Shown one piece after another: positions 36,063 through 44,937 of a DNA stretch of 58,744 bases. A model generated the notes under the pieces. That model was not told the origin of the DNA. It ran no database searches and worked only from the letters and a program-made list of their open reading frames with translations. The translations under genes and the position numbers were made by a program. How positions within the stretch are numbered: position 1 is the stretch's first letter; every line of letters begins with the position of its first letter. The DNA is from a virus (taxonomy: Duplodnaviria; Caudoviricetes). The stretch spans positions 1 to 58,744 of IMG/VR virus record IMGVR_UViG_3300032282_001014; one strand, 5' to 3'.

Positions 36063-39000
36063 ATGCCTGAGTTCCGTTCCCGTCCTGAGCAATATCCCGT
36101 CATAGGTGCGTTAGGTCGCTACCTAAAGAAAGCTGATGATTTCGCTCGTGCACCAGGAGGTTATGAGAACCCACCAGTGGCTATCATCTCAGACTTACTC
36201 AACATACCGCCAATATACCGCACGTTAGAGAACATCAATTACGGTACACCAGTCACACAGGGTAGAGGTGAGACCTATGGGTTCACGGCAGACACCAAGG
36301 ATGCTCTAACGGGTGCACTAGACATTGCGCCAATTGTACCGGCGGCAGCACGTATGGTCAAGCCTCTGGCCAAAGCGGCAGCGCCATATGCTGCTCGGCA
36401 CGCAGTGAACCTCGCTGAGAAGTACGGTGTGTCACCGACCATGAACGTCATCAAGCCTAAAGGTGGTAATTGGTTGAATCACACCGTTGGAGACGCCGTT
36501 GAACCATTGAAACGTCATTTGACTTTCACACCTCCTTCAGAAGTACCTAACACTGACGCAGTTAACAAATGGGTTGACAGCAAGTTAGCTAAGTATATTA
36601 CTAATGAAATGGCTACGCCGGAAGACCCTATAAGAGCCTTAGCTGAAAAAGATATATTGCATTTTCAACCTCGCTATGTGGGTCTATACTCAAATCTCAT
36701 GGACACAAGAATGCGAGGTGGTTTCCCAAGAGAAGGTATGGCTAATTCACCGTTAGCTATTGATTGGGAAAAGTTCGCAGACAGTGCTATAAATCGAAGC
36801 ACAGCTGGAGAACAGTTGAACTTTAGAGGCAACGCAGAGAATATGCCTTGGTTAACCAAAGTGCCTCCAGAGACTCCGGTTTATAGTCCTAAACATAATG
36901 TAATGGCTTCAGAAAATTTAGGCTTCCCGCATCTCATAGACGAGCTTAAAAATGCGACAAGTGCCGCGAGTGACTTGCCAGCAAACCTGCGTATTGATTT
37001 GAAAAGCTTAGACAAGCTCACTGTACCTCAGGCAGTAGAGCGTGTAGCAAAGATAAACGCATTCCGAGCTAAACAAGCTGCGGAAGCCGAGCGTGAAGGT
37101 ATGATGGCTAATCTGCAGGAGAAGCCGCGATTAGCAGATGAAGATTTAAATTTATCGTTTACTGAAAAGCCAGGAGGCACTTGGGTTGACATCCCAGAAA
37201 CAACAGATGCCAAAGGGATGAAATTATGCAGCTCTATAGGCAAAGCAGGTGGTTGGTGTACTCAGAGCGAATGGGCAGCTAAAGATTACGGTTCAGGAAT
37301 TAACCGGCTCACAGCACTTTTAGATGCTGAAGGTCGTCCACATGTGCAAGTGAAGATCACGCAAGACGTAGATGAAGTCGTTGCTATCGAAGACGCAACT
37401 ATGTATATGACGCCGGAGCAAGAAATTGCTTACGACCGTCATTTCAGCAAATTAGACAGACCTCCTGAGTTTGGTGAAAGTCTTGACTGGATGGAAGAAA
37501 ATGCTCCGGACGCTTACAAGGTGTACGAAGAAATTATAAACAGTCAACCTAAGCTGCCGCCAAGTATCACCGAACTCAAACCTCCTGGCAACTCGTTTAG
37601 CAGCGATCGCGCACAAGAGTACTCCAAGCGCGACCCATACTACGGATCAAAATTGACTCAGTCTGTTCTCAAGTTCTTAAACAGCGGAGAGTGGGGTAAA
37701 GTTAACGATCTACATCATTACGGTATCGTGGATTTAGAAAAAGACCCTGTAATGTTGACGCAGTATTTAAGAAGGATCACTAATGCAAGCGACGCTGAAG
37801 CTCAAACGATATTCAACGCTGCTGTCGACGCGAACCCAAACGCACCACGTTTCATGACCACTATTCAGCTACGCGACTTTATTGAAGGCTCTATGAAACC
37901 AGAAGGTTTCGCCCAAGGAGGTTCCGTGAATTTCGCTGCTGGTGGTTACGCAGAGTACGATGACGACCTGATACGTCAGATGGCAGCGGAGCTGGTTGAC
38001 GCACAGCAGGAGAGAGCAGAAGAGTCCAGAGACATACCTGAGCTTTCCCTGCTTGACAGCTTGAGGAACATGAGTCCCCTCGGTGGGCGTGTGTCTGCGG
38101 GACCATTTGACTTAGACGCGATGACCCACAGCGGCGGCGTAAACTTGAGAGGCAGCGTAGGTACAGACAACTTACGTGGGTATGTTGACGTAGACCCTCG
38201 GCAGAAGAAATTGTCTCAGTTGGGAGTCACTTACGAAGACATGAATCCTCGCGGCGGGTATCACTTGAACGCTAGCATGGATCCCGAGACACGTGAGAAG
38301 ACTCTCAATGCTTTGTACCGTAAACAACTGAGCGACGGATCCGAGCTTATGGTTGGCGGTACACATAGACCCGATAGCCGGCAGACCATGTTGAACCTTA
38401 TGTACCGTTACGGCTTCGCGCAGGGTGGTGAGGTACAGGCAAGGACTCGCGCAGGGACACCGGCTAAACCTACTTTTTTAGATGATCAAATCGAACGGAC
38501 TGAGGCTCGTTTAAAAGGTTTAGTAACCGATCCTGATCAAGAACTTCGTAACATTGCCCGACAGTATTTCCCTTCTGAGGATGACACCCCAGAAGAGCGT
38601 TATCGTAAGATGGAAGACTTAGCTTTAGGTTTTGCCGGAACTACTGGTAAAATTCCAAACAAAGGTGGTGCGAAGCTAAGCGTGCCTGAGATTGATTTAT
38701 CTCGTCGTAAACTATTTGGTTTAAGCACTGAACCAAAACCGGCTAACTTACCTGTTGAACAACCTAACATAATTAAAAATGTGTTAGAAACTCCTGTAAC
38801 TCGTAGGCAGGTTTTAAGGAGCGGATTAGCTAACACTTTAAAATCTTTTATGCCAGAGGGTTTATCAAATCCGTTAACTCGTTTAGCTAGCGAGGAAACT
38901 GCTAAAGAAACTGCTAAAGAAGCGGTTAAATCTACAGCTCCTAGTTTAATGTCAGAGTTAAAAGCATCGATTTACAATATGCCTAGGCGATCATTAGATC

Positions 39001-40109
39001 ATAACTGGGGTATGAACACGCTCCTTGACAGAGGTTACATCACTAAAAACTTATTAAACTACAGCGGAGAATCGCTTCTAAATAAAATGTCTTTAAAAGA
39101 AGCTTTGCGCCAGATTAAATCTGACCCAAAAGTTTATAAAAAGTTTAAAAAGACATTAAATGATTTGAACAATGAAGAACGTGTCCCATTGATTCAATAC
39201 TCAAAAAATAAAGAAGATTATTTAAAATTACTTTCTGAAGACGGATACTCTAAAAACATAATAGCTAGAGAAAGCAGGTTATGGGATCAAAACGATGGTA
39301 AGTTTAAACGAGCACGTTTACCGAGTGAAGAATCTTCTTACCCTATGTACGACCCTCATCATTCTCCATCTAATTTAGAAGAAGGTTTTGAAAAAGGCGG
39401 TAAGGTTAAACGTAAAGAGCCTTCACCGTTTGACGATTTAGAGCCGACGTTCGGTGACCGGATGGGCGCATGGGTGTCAGATAAAGTAACCGAAGGCGGT
39501 ATTAATTTATACGACAAACTGTCTAACCGTGACCGAATGTCCGCTGCGCATAAAATTTATCTTGATACGTTTGCGCGAGATAAACGAGACCCAATCACCG
39601 CTAAAGATTTCAACACCGAAGAGTTAGCAGAGTTGCAAAACTTGATCCGGCAGAAAGAAAAGATGTTAGGCGGTAAAGGTAAAGGTTACATTGAGTACAA
39701 AGATTATACCGAGCTAACGGGTGGTGACCGGCGTAAAGGAATTACGGCAAACCTGATTGGCGGTGTCATGCCTCCACGTCCTTCGCTGGCTAAGTCGCTC
39801 GGACAATTTAATTACGAATTAGACCCTACAACTAAACAGTACAAGATAATTGATGAGTATGATTTTAATCCGCAGCAGATTGAGTACCAAGGTAGGAAAG
39901 TTGACGTTCCTGTCGAACACTATGGCGATTACCTTGGAGAAGGGTCTCTTTACGCTCTTGCTCGTTTATATGGTGGTCGTAAAATGCCTCCTGGCACTGG
40001 GCGCAAAGTCGAACTCTCAGTACCGTACGCAAAGGGTGGAGCGGTAGAGTTCAATCCTGATGAAATTGATATGATGGCAGCGCAGTTAATAGAGGAACAA
40101 AATGGCTGA
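36063..40109 (+). CDS. large modular (polyvalent/polyprotein-like) protein, probably virion-packaged
   Basis: 1348 aa between terL and portal; PcfJ-like GGWCT...LLDAEGRPHVQV segment; five [FY]xxGG punctuation motifs; beta-barrel-like segment. Confidence 0.7.
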   Translation: MPEFRSRPEQYPVIGALGRYLKKADDFARAPGGYENPPVAIISDLLNIPPIYRTLENINYGTPVTQGRGETYGFTADTKDALTGALDIAPIVPAAARMVKPLAKAAAPYAARHAVNLAEKYGVSPTMNVIKPKGGNWLNHTVGDAVEPLKRHLTFTPPSEVPNTDAVNKWVDSKLAKYITNEMATPEDPIRALAEKDILHFQPRYVGLYSNLMDTRMRGGFPREGMANSPLAIDWEKFADSAINRSTAGEQLNFRGNAENMPWLTKVPPETPVYSPKHNVMASENLGFPHLIDELKNATSAASDLPANLRIDLKSLDKLTVPQAVERVAKINAFRAKQAAEAEREGMMANLQEKPRLADEDLNLSFTEKPGGTWVDIPETTDAKGMKLCSSIGKAGGWCTQSEWAAKDYGSGINRLTALLDAEGRPHVQVKITQDVDEVVAIEDATMYMTPEQEIAYDRHFSKLDRPPEFGESLDWMEENAPDAYKVYEEIINSQPKLPPSITELKPPGNSFSSDRAQEYSKRDPYYGSKLTQSVLKFLNSGEWGKVNDLHHYGIVDLEKDPVMLTQYLRRITNASDAEAQTIFNAAVDANPNAPRFMTTIQLRDFIEGSMKPEGFAQGGSVNFAAGGYAEYDDDLIRQMAAELVDAQQERAEESRDIPELSLLDSLRNMSPLGGRVSAGPFDLDAMTHSGGVNLRGSVGTDNLRGYVDVDPRQKKLSQLGVTYEDMNPRGGYHLNASMDPETREKTLNALYRKQLSDGSELMVGGTHRPDSRQTMLNLMYRYGFAQGGEVQARTRAGTPAKPTFLDDQIERTEARLKGLVTDPDQELRNIARQYFPSEDDTPEERYRKMEDLALGFAGTTGKIPNKGGAKLSVPEIDLSRRKLFGLSTEPKPANLPVEQPNIIKNVLETPVTRRQVLRSGLANTLKSFMPEGLSNPLTRLASEETAKETAKEAVKSTAPSLMSELKASIYNMPRRSLDHNWGMNTLLDRGYITKNLLNYSGESLLNKMSLKEALRQIKSDPKVYKKFKKTLNDLNNEERVPLIQYSKNKEDYLKLLSEDGYSKNIIARESRLWDQNDGKFKRARLPSEESSYPMYDPHHSPSNLEEGFEKGGKVKRKEPSPFDDLEPTFGDRMGAWVSDKVTEGGINLYDKLSNRDRMSAAHKIYLDTFARDKRDPITAKDFNTEELAELQNLIRQKEKMLGGKGKGYIEYKDYTELTGGDRRKGITANLIGGVMPPRPSLAKSLGQFNYELDPTTKQYKIIDEYDFNPQQIEYQGRKVDVPVEHYGDYLGEGSLYALARLYGGRKMPPGTGRKVELSVPYAKGGAVEFNPDEIDMMAAQLIEEQNG

Positions 40110-42597
40110 GAAGATAAAAGATGATGAAGAAGAGTTAGAAGGTGAAACCGTTCGTCTGGAAGATGTAGACAACGAAGTAGAGGACACCGAAGACGGTGGC
40201 GCAATTCTGCGCGAAAAGAACGACGTAGACCTCAAGCGTAACCTGAGCCATTTCTCAAACATTGTTGAGGAAGTTGATCAGTCCGAGTTATCCACGGCAG
40301 TTACTGACCTGCTTGAAAAGATTGACAAAGATAAGACTGCACGTGAGAAGCGTGACAAGCAATATGAGGAAGGTATCCGTCGTACCGGACTGGGTGATGA
40401 TGCTCCTGGTGGTGCGCAGTTCACCGGCGCAAACAAGGTAGTACACCCCATGCTGGTTGAGGCGTGCGTAGACTTCTCAGCACGATTCATGAAGGAAATT
40501 TTCCCTTCAAATGGTCCTGTACGTAGTAAGATCTACGGTGTAAAAGATAAAGATAAGTCAGAGAAAGCAGAACGTAAAGCTACGTTCATGAATTGGCAGA
40601 CCACCAAGCAGATGAAGGAGTTCCGCTCCGAGCTTGAGCAGTTGTCTACGCAGCTCCCTTTAGGCGGGGGGCAGTATCTTAAACTGATGTGGAATCCTCA
40701 GTTTAAACGTCCTGGTTCTGAGTTCATCGCGATTGATGATATATACCTGCCGTTCGCTGCTACTAATTTCTACTCTGCTGAGCGCAAGACACACGTACAG
40801 TACATTACAAAAATGGAGTACCAGAAACGTGTCAAGCAGGAAATGTACATTGACGTTGATTTAGGAATGCCAGGGGATCCTGAGTTCAGTAAGTCAACAA
40901 TAGCTAACGATAAAATTGAAGGTCGTCAAGCTTCGTCATATAATGAAGACGGGTTACGTACAATCTACGAAGTATATACGTACTTGGACTTCGGTGACGG
41001 TGATGAACCTTATATCATATCTATTGACAAAACGACCAGCGAAGCTCTAGCGTTGTACCGTAACTGGGAGCCAGAGGACGAGCAGCGTCAAGAGTTAGAT
41101 TGGATTGTTGAGTTCCCGTTTGTACCTTGGCGTGGTGCTTACCCAATCGGCTTGACGCATATGATTGGCGGTTTGTCTGGAGCAGCCACCGGCGCACTAC
41201 GCGCACTGATGGATTCAGCGCATATTCAGAACATCCCAACCTTGCTCAAGCTAAAAGGGGGACCGTCCGGACAGACTATCAACGTACAACCTACTGAAGT
41301 TGTTGAGATGGATGGCGGTGCGATGATTGACGACGTGCGTAAGCTAGCCATGCCTATGCCGTTTAACCAACCTAGTCCTGTTTTGTTCCAACTTCTCGGC
41401 TTCCTAGTTGACGCAGGTAAAGGTGTTGTACAGACGAGCTTTGAAAAGCTGTCAGACCAGAGTCCTAACCAGCCCGTCGGCACAACTCTAGCTCTAATTG
41501 AGCAGGGTATGGTAGTGTTCAGTAGTATTCACGCACGTCTCCATTCATCTATGGAGAGAGTGTTTGAGATTCTGCACCGAATTAACAGCGCTTACCTCAC
41601 TGAAGAAGACATTAAAGCGCAATCGGCTGGTATTGAGATAGATCCTAGTGACTTTGATGGTCCGATGGACGTAATTCCTGTGTCTGACCCTGCTATTTTC
41701 AGTGAAACACAGCGATTTGCACAGATTCAAGCGGTAATGCAGCGTGCAGCTACGGTTCCACAGCTGTATGACGCTAGAAAAGTAGAGGATATGTTCCTCC
41801 GCACGCTGAAAATCAGCGATACGGACGTGCTTCAGCCTAAACCAGCGTCAGAAGACATGGATCCGGTGTCTGAGAACGTAGCGGCTACCATGGGAAGTCC
41901 AGTTTACGTGCTCCCAGCACAAGATCACATAGCGCATTTGATGACGCACCTTGCTTTCTTAAAGTCTCCGTTGTTTGGGCAGAATCCAGCTATTATAAAG
42001 ACGTATTTATACCCGATGGCTATTCATTTACGTGACCACTTACTTAATTATTACTTAACGGAAGCTCATGAGGCTGTGGATAAAGCACAAAAAGAAAAGT
42101 TAATTGAAGAAGACTCAGAACAGCAAGTTTCTGTCATACTTGAGGTTCAAAGGTACATTGAGAATCAGTTAGCTACCTTTGCAAATGAGTTAGCGCAGAT
42201 AGATAAACAAGCTCAGCAATTTAAACCTGAGCCTCCGATGCCGCCAGACAGCAGCTTACAAGTAGCTAAGATGAGTGCTGAATTGCAAGGTCAAGCGTTG
42301 CAGCAGAAAGCTCAAGCAGATCAGGCTAGACTGCAGATAGAGCAACAGAAGCTGGTTGAGAAGCAGAAAGCTGATCAACAGAAGATGACTTCCGACCAGA
42401 TGTCAAGTCAAGCTGAACTCCAGCGTGAACAGTTACGTCAACAGTCAGAAGATCAGCGCACTATGGCTGAATTACAAGCTCGTATGGAAATGAATACCGA
42501 TGACAACGAGACAGCAATGCGTCTTGCGGCAGCGGAAATTGCCAGCGGAGATAAAGTCGCCGTTAGCACAGGAACTGGTATTAACCCAGGAGTTTAA
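40102..42597 (+). CDS. portal protein
   Basis: 831 aa; VHPMLVEACVDF, PVGTTLALIEQG...SSIHARLH, DVIPVSDP, Q-rich C-terminal barrel; upstream of the head genes. Confidence 0.85.
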   Translation: MAEKIKDDEEELEGETVRLEDVDNEVEDTEDGGAILREKNDVDLKRNLSHFSNIVEEVDQSELSTAVTDLLEKIDKDKTAREKRDKQYEEGIRRTGLGDDAPGGAQFTGANKVVHPMLVEACVDFSARFMKEIFPSNGPVRSKIYGVKDKDKSEKAERKATFMNWQTTKQMKEFRSELEQLSTQLPLGGGQYLKLMWNPQFKRPGSEFIAIDDIYLPFAATNFYSAERKTHVQYITKMEYQKRVKQEMYIDVDLGMPGDPEFSKSTIANDKIEGRQASSYNEDGLRTIYEVYTYLDFGDGDEPYIISIDKTTSEALALYRNWEPEDEQRQELDWIVEFPFVPWRGAYPIGLTHMIGGLSGAATGALRALMDSAHIQNIPTLLKLKGGPSGQTINVQPTEVVEMDGGAMIDDVRKLAMPMPFNQPSPVLFQLLGFLVDAGKGVVQTSFEKLSDQSPNQPVGTTLALIEQGMVVFSSIHARLHSSMERVFEILHRINSAYLTEEDIKAQSAGIEIDPSDFDGPMDVIPVSDPAIFSETQRFAQIQAVMQRAATVPQLYDARKVEDMFLRTLKISDTDVLQPKPASEDMDPVSENVAATMGSPVYVLPAQDHIAHLMTHLAFLKSPLFGQNPAIIKTYLYPMAIHLRDHLLNYYLTEAHEAVDKAQKEKLIEEDSEQQVSVILEVQRYIENQLATFANELAQIDKQAQQFKPEPPMPPDSSLQVAKMSAELQGQALQQKAQADQARLQIEQQKLVEKQKADQQKMTSDQMSSQAELQREQLRQQSEDQRTMAELQARMEMNTDDNETAMRLAAAEIASGDKVAVSTGTGINPGV

Positions 42598-42613
42598 CCT
42601 TTAGGAGATAAAA

Positions 42614-42751
42614 ATGTCAGACAAACCAAAAACGGGCACAGTCCCAATGAACAACGCAGCAGTTAAGCAGCATCACCGTATGGCAGCGGGTGTACCCGTC
42701 ACAGGTCAAACTCTGCCCTCAACTCCGGTTATGCCTAAAACTCCTGCATGA
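42614..42751 (+). CDS. small hypothetical protein, not in the ORF track
   Basis: 45 aa MSDKPKTGTVPM...; AGGAG upstream; ATGA overlap downstream. Confidence 0.55.
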   Translation: MSDKPKTGTVPMNNAAVKQHHRMAAGVPVTGQTLPSTPVMPKTPA

Positions 42752-42945
42752 ATGTAGAAACAAAACTTCTCAATAGGCTGAAAACGGCGCAAGGTGAGTT
42801 CGCCATGGAGTCTATGAAGAGACCACAAAATCGAGATGCTTTTGAGTACGGGTATCGAGTAGGCGTCGTGGCAGGTTACGAGGCTGCAATTAATGTACTT
42901 CTTTCAATGTTAGATGAGGAGAAAAATAGTGACAACGACCTATGA
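42748..42945 (+). CDS. hypothetical head-module protein
   Basis: 65 aa with EYGYRVGVVAGY. Confidence 0.6.
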   Translation: MNVETKLLNRLKTAQGEFAMESMKRPQNRDAFEYGYRVGVVAGYEAAINVLLSMLDEEKNSDNDL

Positions 42946-43336
42946 GAACGCGCTAGATGAGGCATTTCCAGCAGTAAATGCTGGAGTACGTCCTTATGGA
43001 AGCCGTGTTCTGGTTCAAATCCGTAGTCCGAAGAAAAAATCAGCAGGGGGTATCATAATCGATACTGGTTCTCGTGATACTGAAAAGTGGAACACGCAAA
43101 TCGCTAAAGTGGTCGCGATTGGTCCTCTGGCTTTTCACAACCGAGACACCATGCAACCATGGCCAGAAGGCGCATGGGCGAAGGTTGGGGATTATATCCG
43201 TGTAGCTAAGTACGGTGGCGATCGCTGGGAAGTACCTCTAGAAGACAACGAAGCTGCGTTGTTTGTTATGTTTAACGATTTGGATTTGTTGGGTGAGGTC
43301 ATTGGCGACCCACTAGCTATCCGAGCATTCATCTGA
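42929..43336 (+). CDS. GroES-like co-chaperonin
   Basis: VRPYGSRVLV...SAGGIII...AKVVAIGP...KVGDYI..AKYGG...NDLDLLG; GTG start after GAGGAG. Confidence 0.8.
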   Translation: MTTTYENALDEAFPAVNAGVRPYGSRVLVQIRSPKKKSAGGIIIDTGSRDTEKWNTQIAKVVAIGPLAFHNRDTMQPWPEGAWAKVGDYIRVAKYGGDRWEVPLEDNEAALFVMFNDLDLLGEVIGDPLAIRAFI

Positions 43337-43350
43337 TAAGGAGATGAGAT

Positions 43351-44310
43351 ATGGCTGACGTAATGAAAGAAGATGACGAAGACATCAAAGATAAAGATGA
43401 TGTTGTAATCATTGAAGAAGACCCTGCTAATAAAGCAGAAGATGATGACGACGATCAAGATGATGAACGATCGGCTAAAGCTGATGACGGAAATGAAGAT
43501 GAACGGGAAGCTATTCGTGAACGTCGCCGGCAAGAAAAACTAGATCGTAAAGAACGTCGTGATAAAGCTATTTCTAGAGATAAACTAGAGCTAGACTTTT
43601 TACGTAAACGTAACGAAGATTTAGAGCGCCGAGTAACGGTTCAAGAGCAACGTACGCATCAGTTAGACGTAAACGGTTTAGAAGCTCAGATTCAGAAAGC
43701 TCAAAACGATGCTCAAATGGCTGATAGAATCATAGCTAAAGCAGTTGAAGCCGGTAACGGTGAAGACGTAACCCAAGCTATGCGCTACCGTGACGAAGCT
43801 TTATCTAAAATCCAACAATTAGCTTACGCTAAGCAGAATTTTCAGCAAAGAGCTGTGTCTCCTCCTCAAGATAAAATAGATGAGGCTACTGCGTATTATG
43901 CTAAGCAGTTTATAGAAAATAACAAATGGTATGATCCTCAAGGTCGTAATGAGGATTCAGCTATTGTTATGGCAATTGACCAATCTTTAGCAAAAGACGG
44001 TTATGACCCTCGTACAGAAGATTATTGGGTTGAACTTGAGCGTCGTGCGGCACGTCGTTTACCTGAGCGGTTCGGCAAACAGTCTCGTGAACGCGATGAT
44101 GATTACGGAGATAAACAAGAGCGTAAACCTCGCGGTGGTCCGGCAGTCGGTTCAGGTAGAGAACACGCTCCAACATCTACCCGAAAAGAGATCTATCTGT
44201 CCCCAGACCGTAAGCAAGCTCTTATTGATGCTGGAGTATGGGACGACCCTGTTTTACGTATGAGATACGCTAAGAGGTATGCTGAATACGACAAAGCTAA
44301 CAAGGCTTAA
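43351..44310 (+). CDS. head scaffolding protein
   Basis: Acidic N-terminus, long coiled coil, NKWY motif, C-terminal capsid-binding-like helix. Confidence 0.7.
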   Translation: MADVMKEDDEDIKDKDDVVIIEEDPANKAEDDDDDQDDERSAKADDGNEDEREAIRERRRQEKLDRKERRDKAISRDKLELDFLRKRNEDLERRVTVQEQRTHQLDVNGLEAQIQKAQNDAQMADRIIAKAVEAGNGEDVTQAMRYRDEALSKIQQLAYAKQNFQQRAVSPPQDKIDEATAYYAKQFIENNKWYDPQGRNEDSAIVMAIDQSLAKDGYDPRTEDYWVELERRAARRLPERFGKQSRERDDDYGDKQERKPRGGPAVGSGREHAPTSTRKEIYLSPDRKQALIDAGVWDDPVLRMRYAKRYAEYDKANKA

Positions 44311-44318
44311 GTCATCAG

Positions 44319-44347
44319 TTGCCTTTTTTGAAATAACACACTATAAT
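44319..44347 (+). promoter_or_regulatory. sigma70-type promoter TTGCCT-N17-TATAAT (capsid operon)
   Basis: Exact spacing; intergenic. Confidence 0.75.
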
Positions 44348-44377
44348 TTGCACTAATCGCTGAAAGGAGCGAGTATT

Positions 44378-44908
44378 ATGACCGACGAACGATTAAAGAA
44401 ATCCGCTGGAGAGAACCGTGATAGCAGGGTGATGAAAGATCGCCCAGTTACTGAAAATCGCGAAGTAACCGAAGATGAGCGGGTTGAAATGTTCCGTCAG
44501 CAATTTTTTCAGTCCTCACTTCCGGACTTACCCAAGATTCCTGGCTGGCATACGTGCTGGCTTACCACGACTAATCCCCGTGACTCCATCCAGACGAGAA
44601 TTCGTTTGGGCTATGAACCTGTGAAGCCGGAGGATGTCCCTGGCTGGGAGTATGCCACACTCAAGACGGGTGACTGGCAAGGTTTTATCGGTGTTAATGA
44701 AATGTTGGCTTTTAAGTTGCCTATCAGTCTTTATGAGCGTTTTATGAAGGAGGCTCACCATGATGCTCCTATGCGCGAAGAAGAGAAACTGACAGACACA
44801 GCTGAGTTCTTAGAAGAACAAGCCAAGATGTCTAAGTCGAGGTTGACAGTAGGTGAAGGTAATGCGGAAATGGGACAAAAGCGGGAAGCTCTTTTTGATC
44901 TTTCCTGA
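44378..44908 (+). CDS. conserved head-module protein
   Basis: 176 aa (LPDLPKIPGWHTCW...LGYEPVKPED) between the scaffold and capsid genes. Confidence 0.65.
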   Translation: MTDERLKKSAGENRDSRVMKDRPVTENREVTEDERVEMFRQQFFQSSLPDLPKIPGWHTCWLTTTNPRDSIQTRIRLGYEPVKPEDVPGWEYATLKTGDWQGFIGVNEMLAFKLPISLYERFMKEAHHDAPMREEEKLTDTAEFLEEQAKMSKSRLTVGEGNAEMGQKREALFDLS

Positions 44909-44937
44909 CGTAACTTTTTAACCATTTAGGAGCAAGC

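Noticed and set aside
38895-38921. 12-bp tandem repeat gaaactgctaaa (ETAK x2) and the MPMDP repeats near 5957-6020
   Set aside because: Short in-frame slippage duplications in low-complexity linkers; no evidence of function
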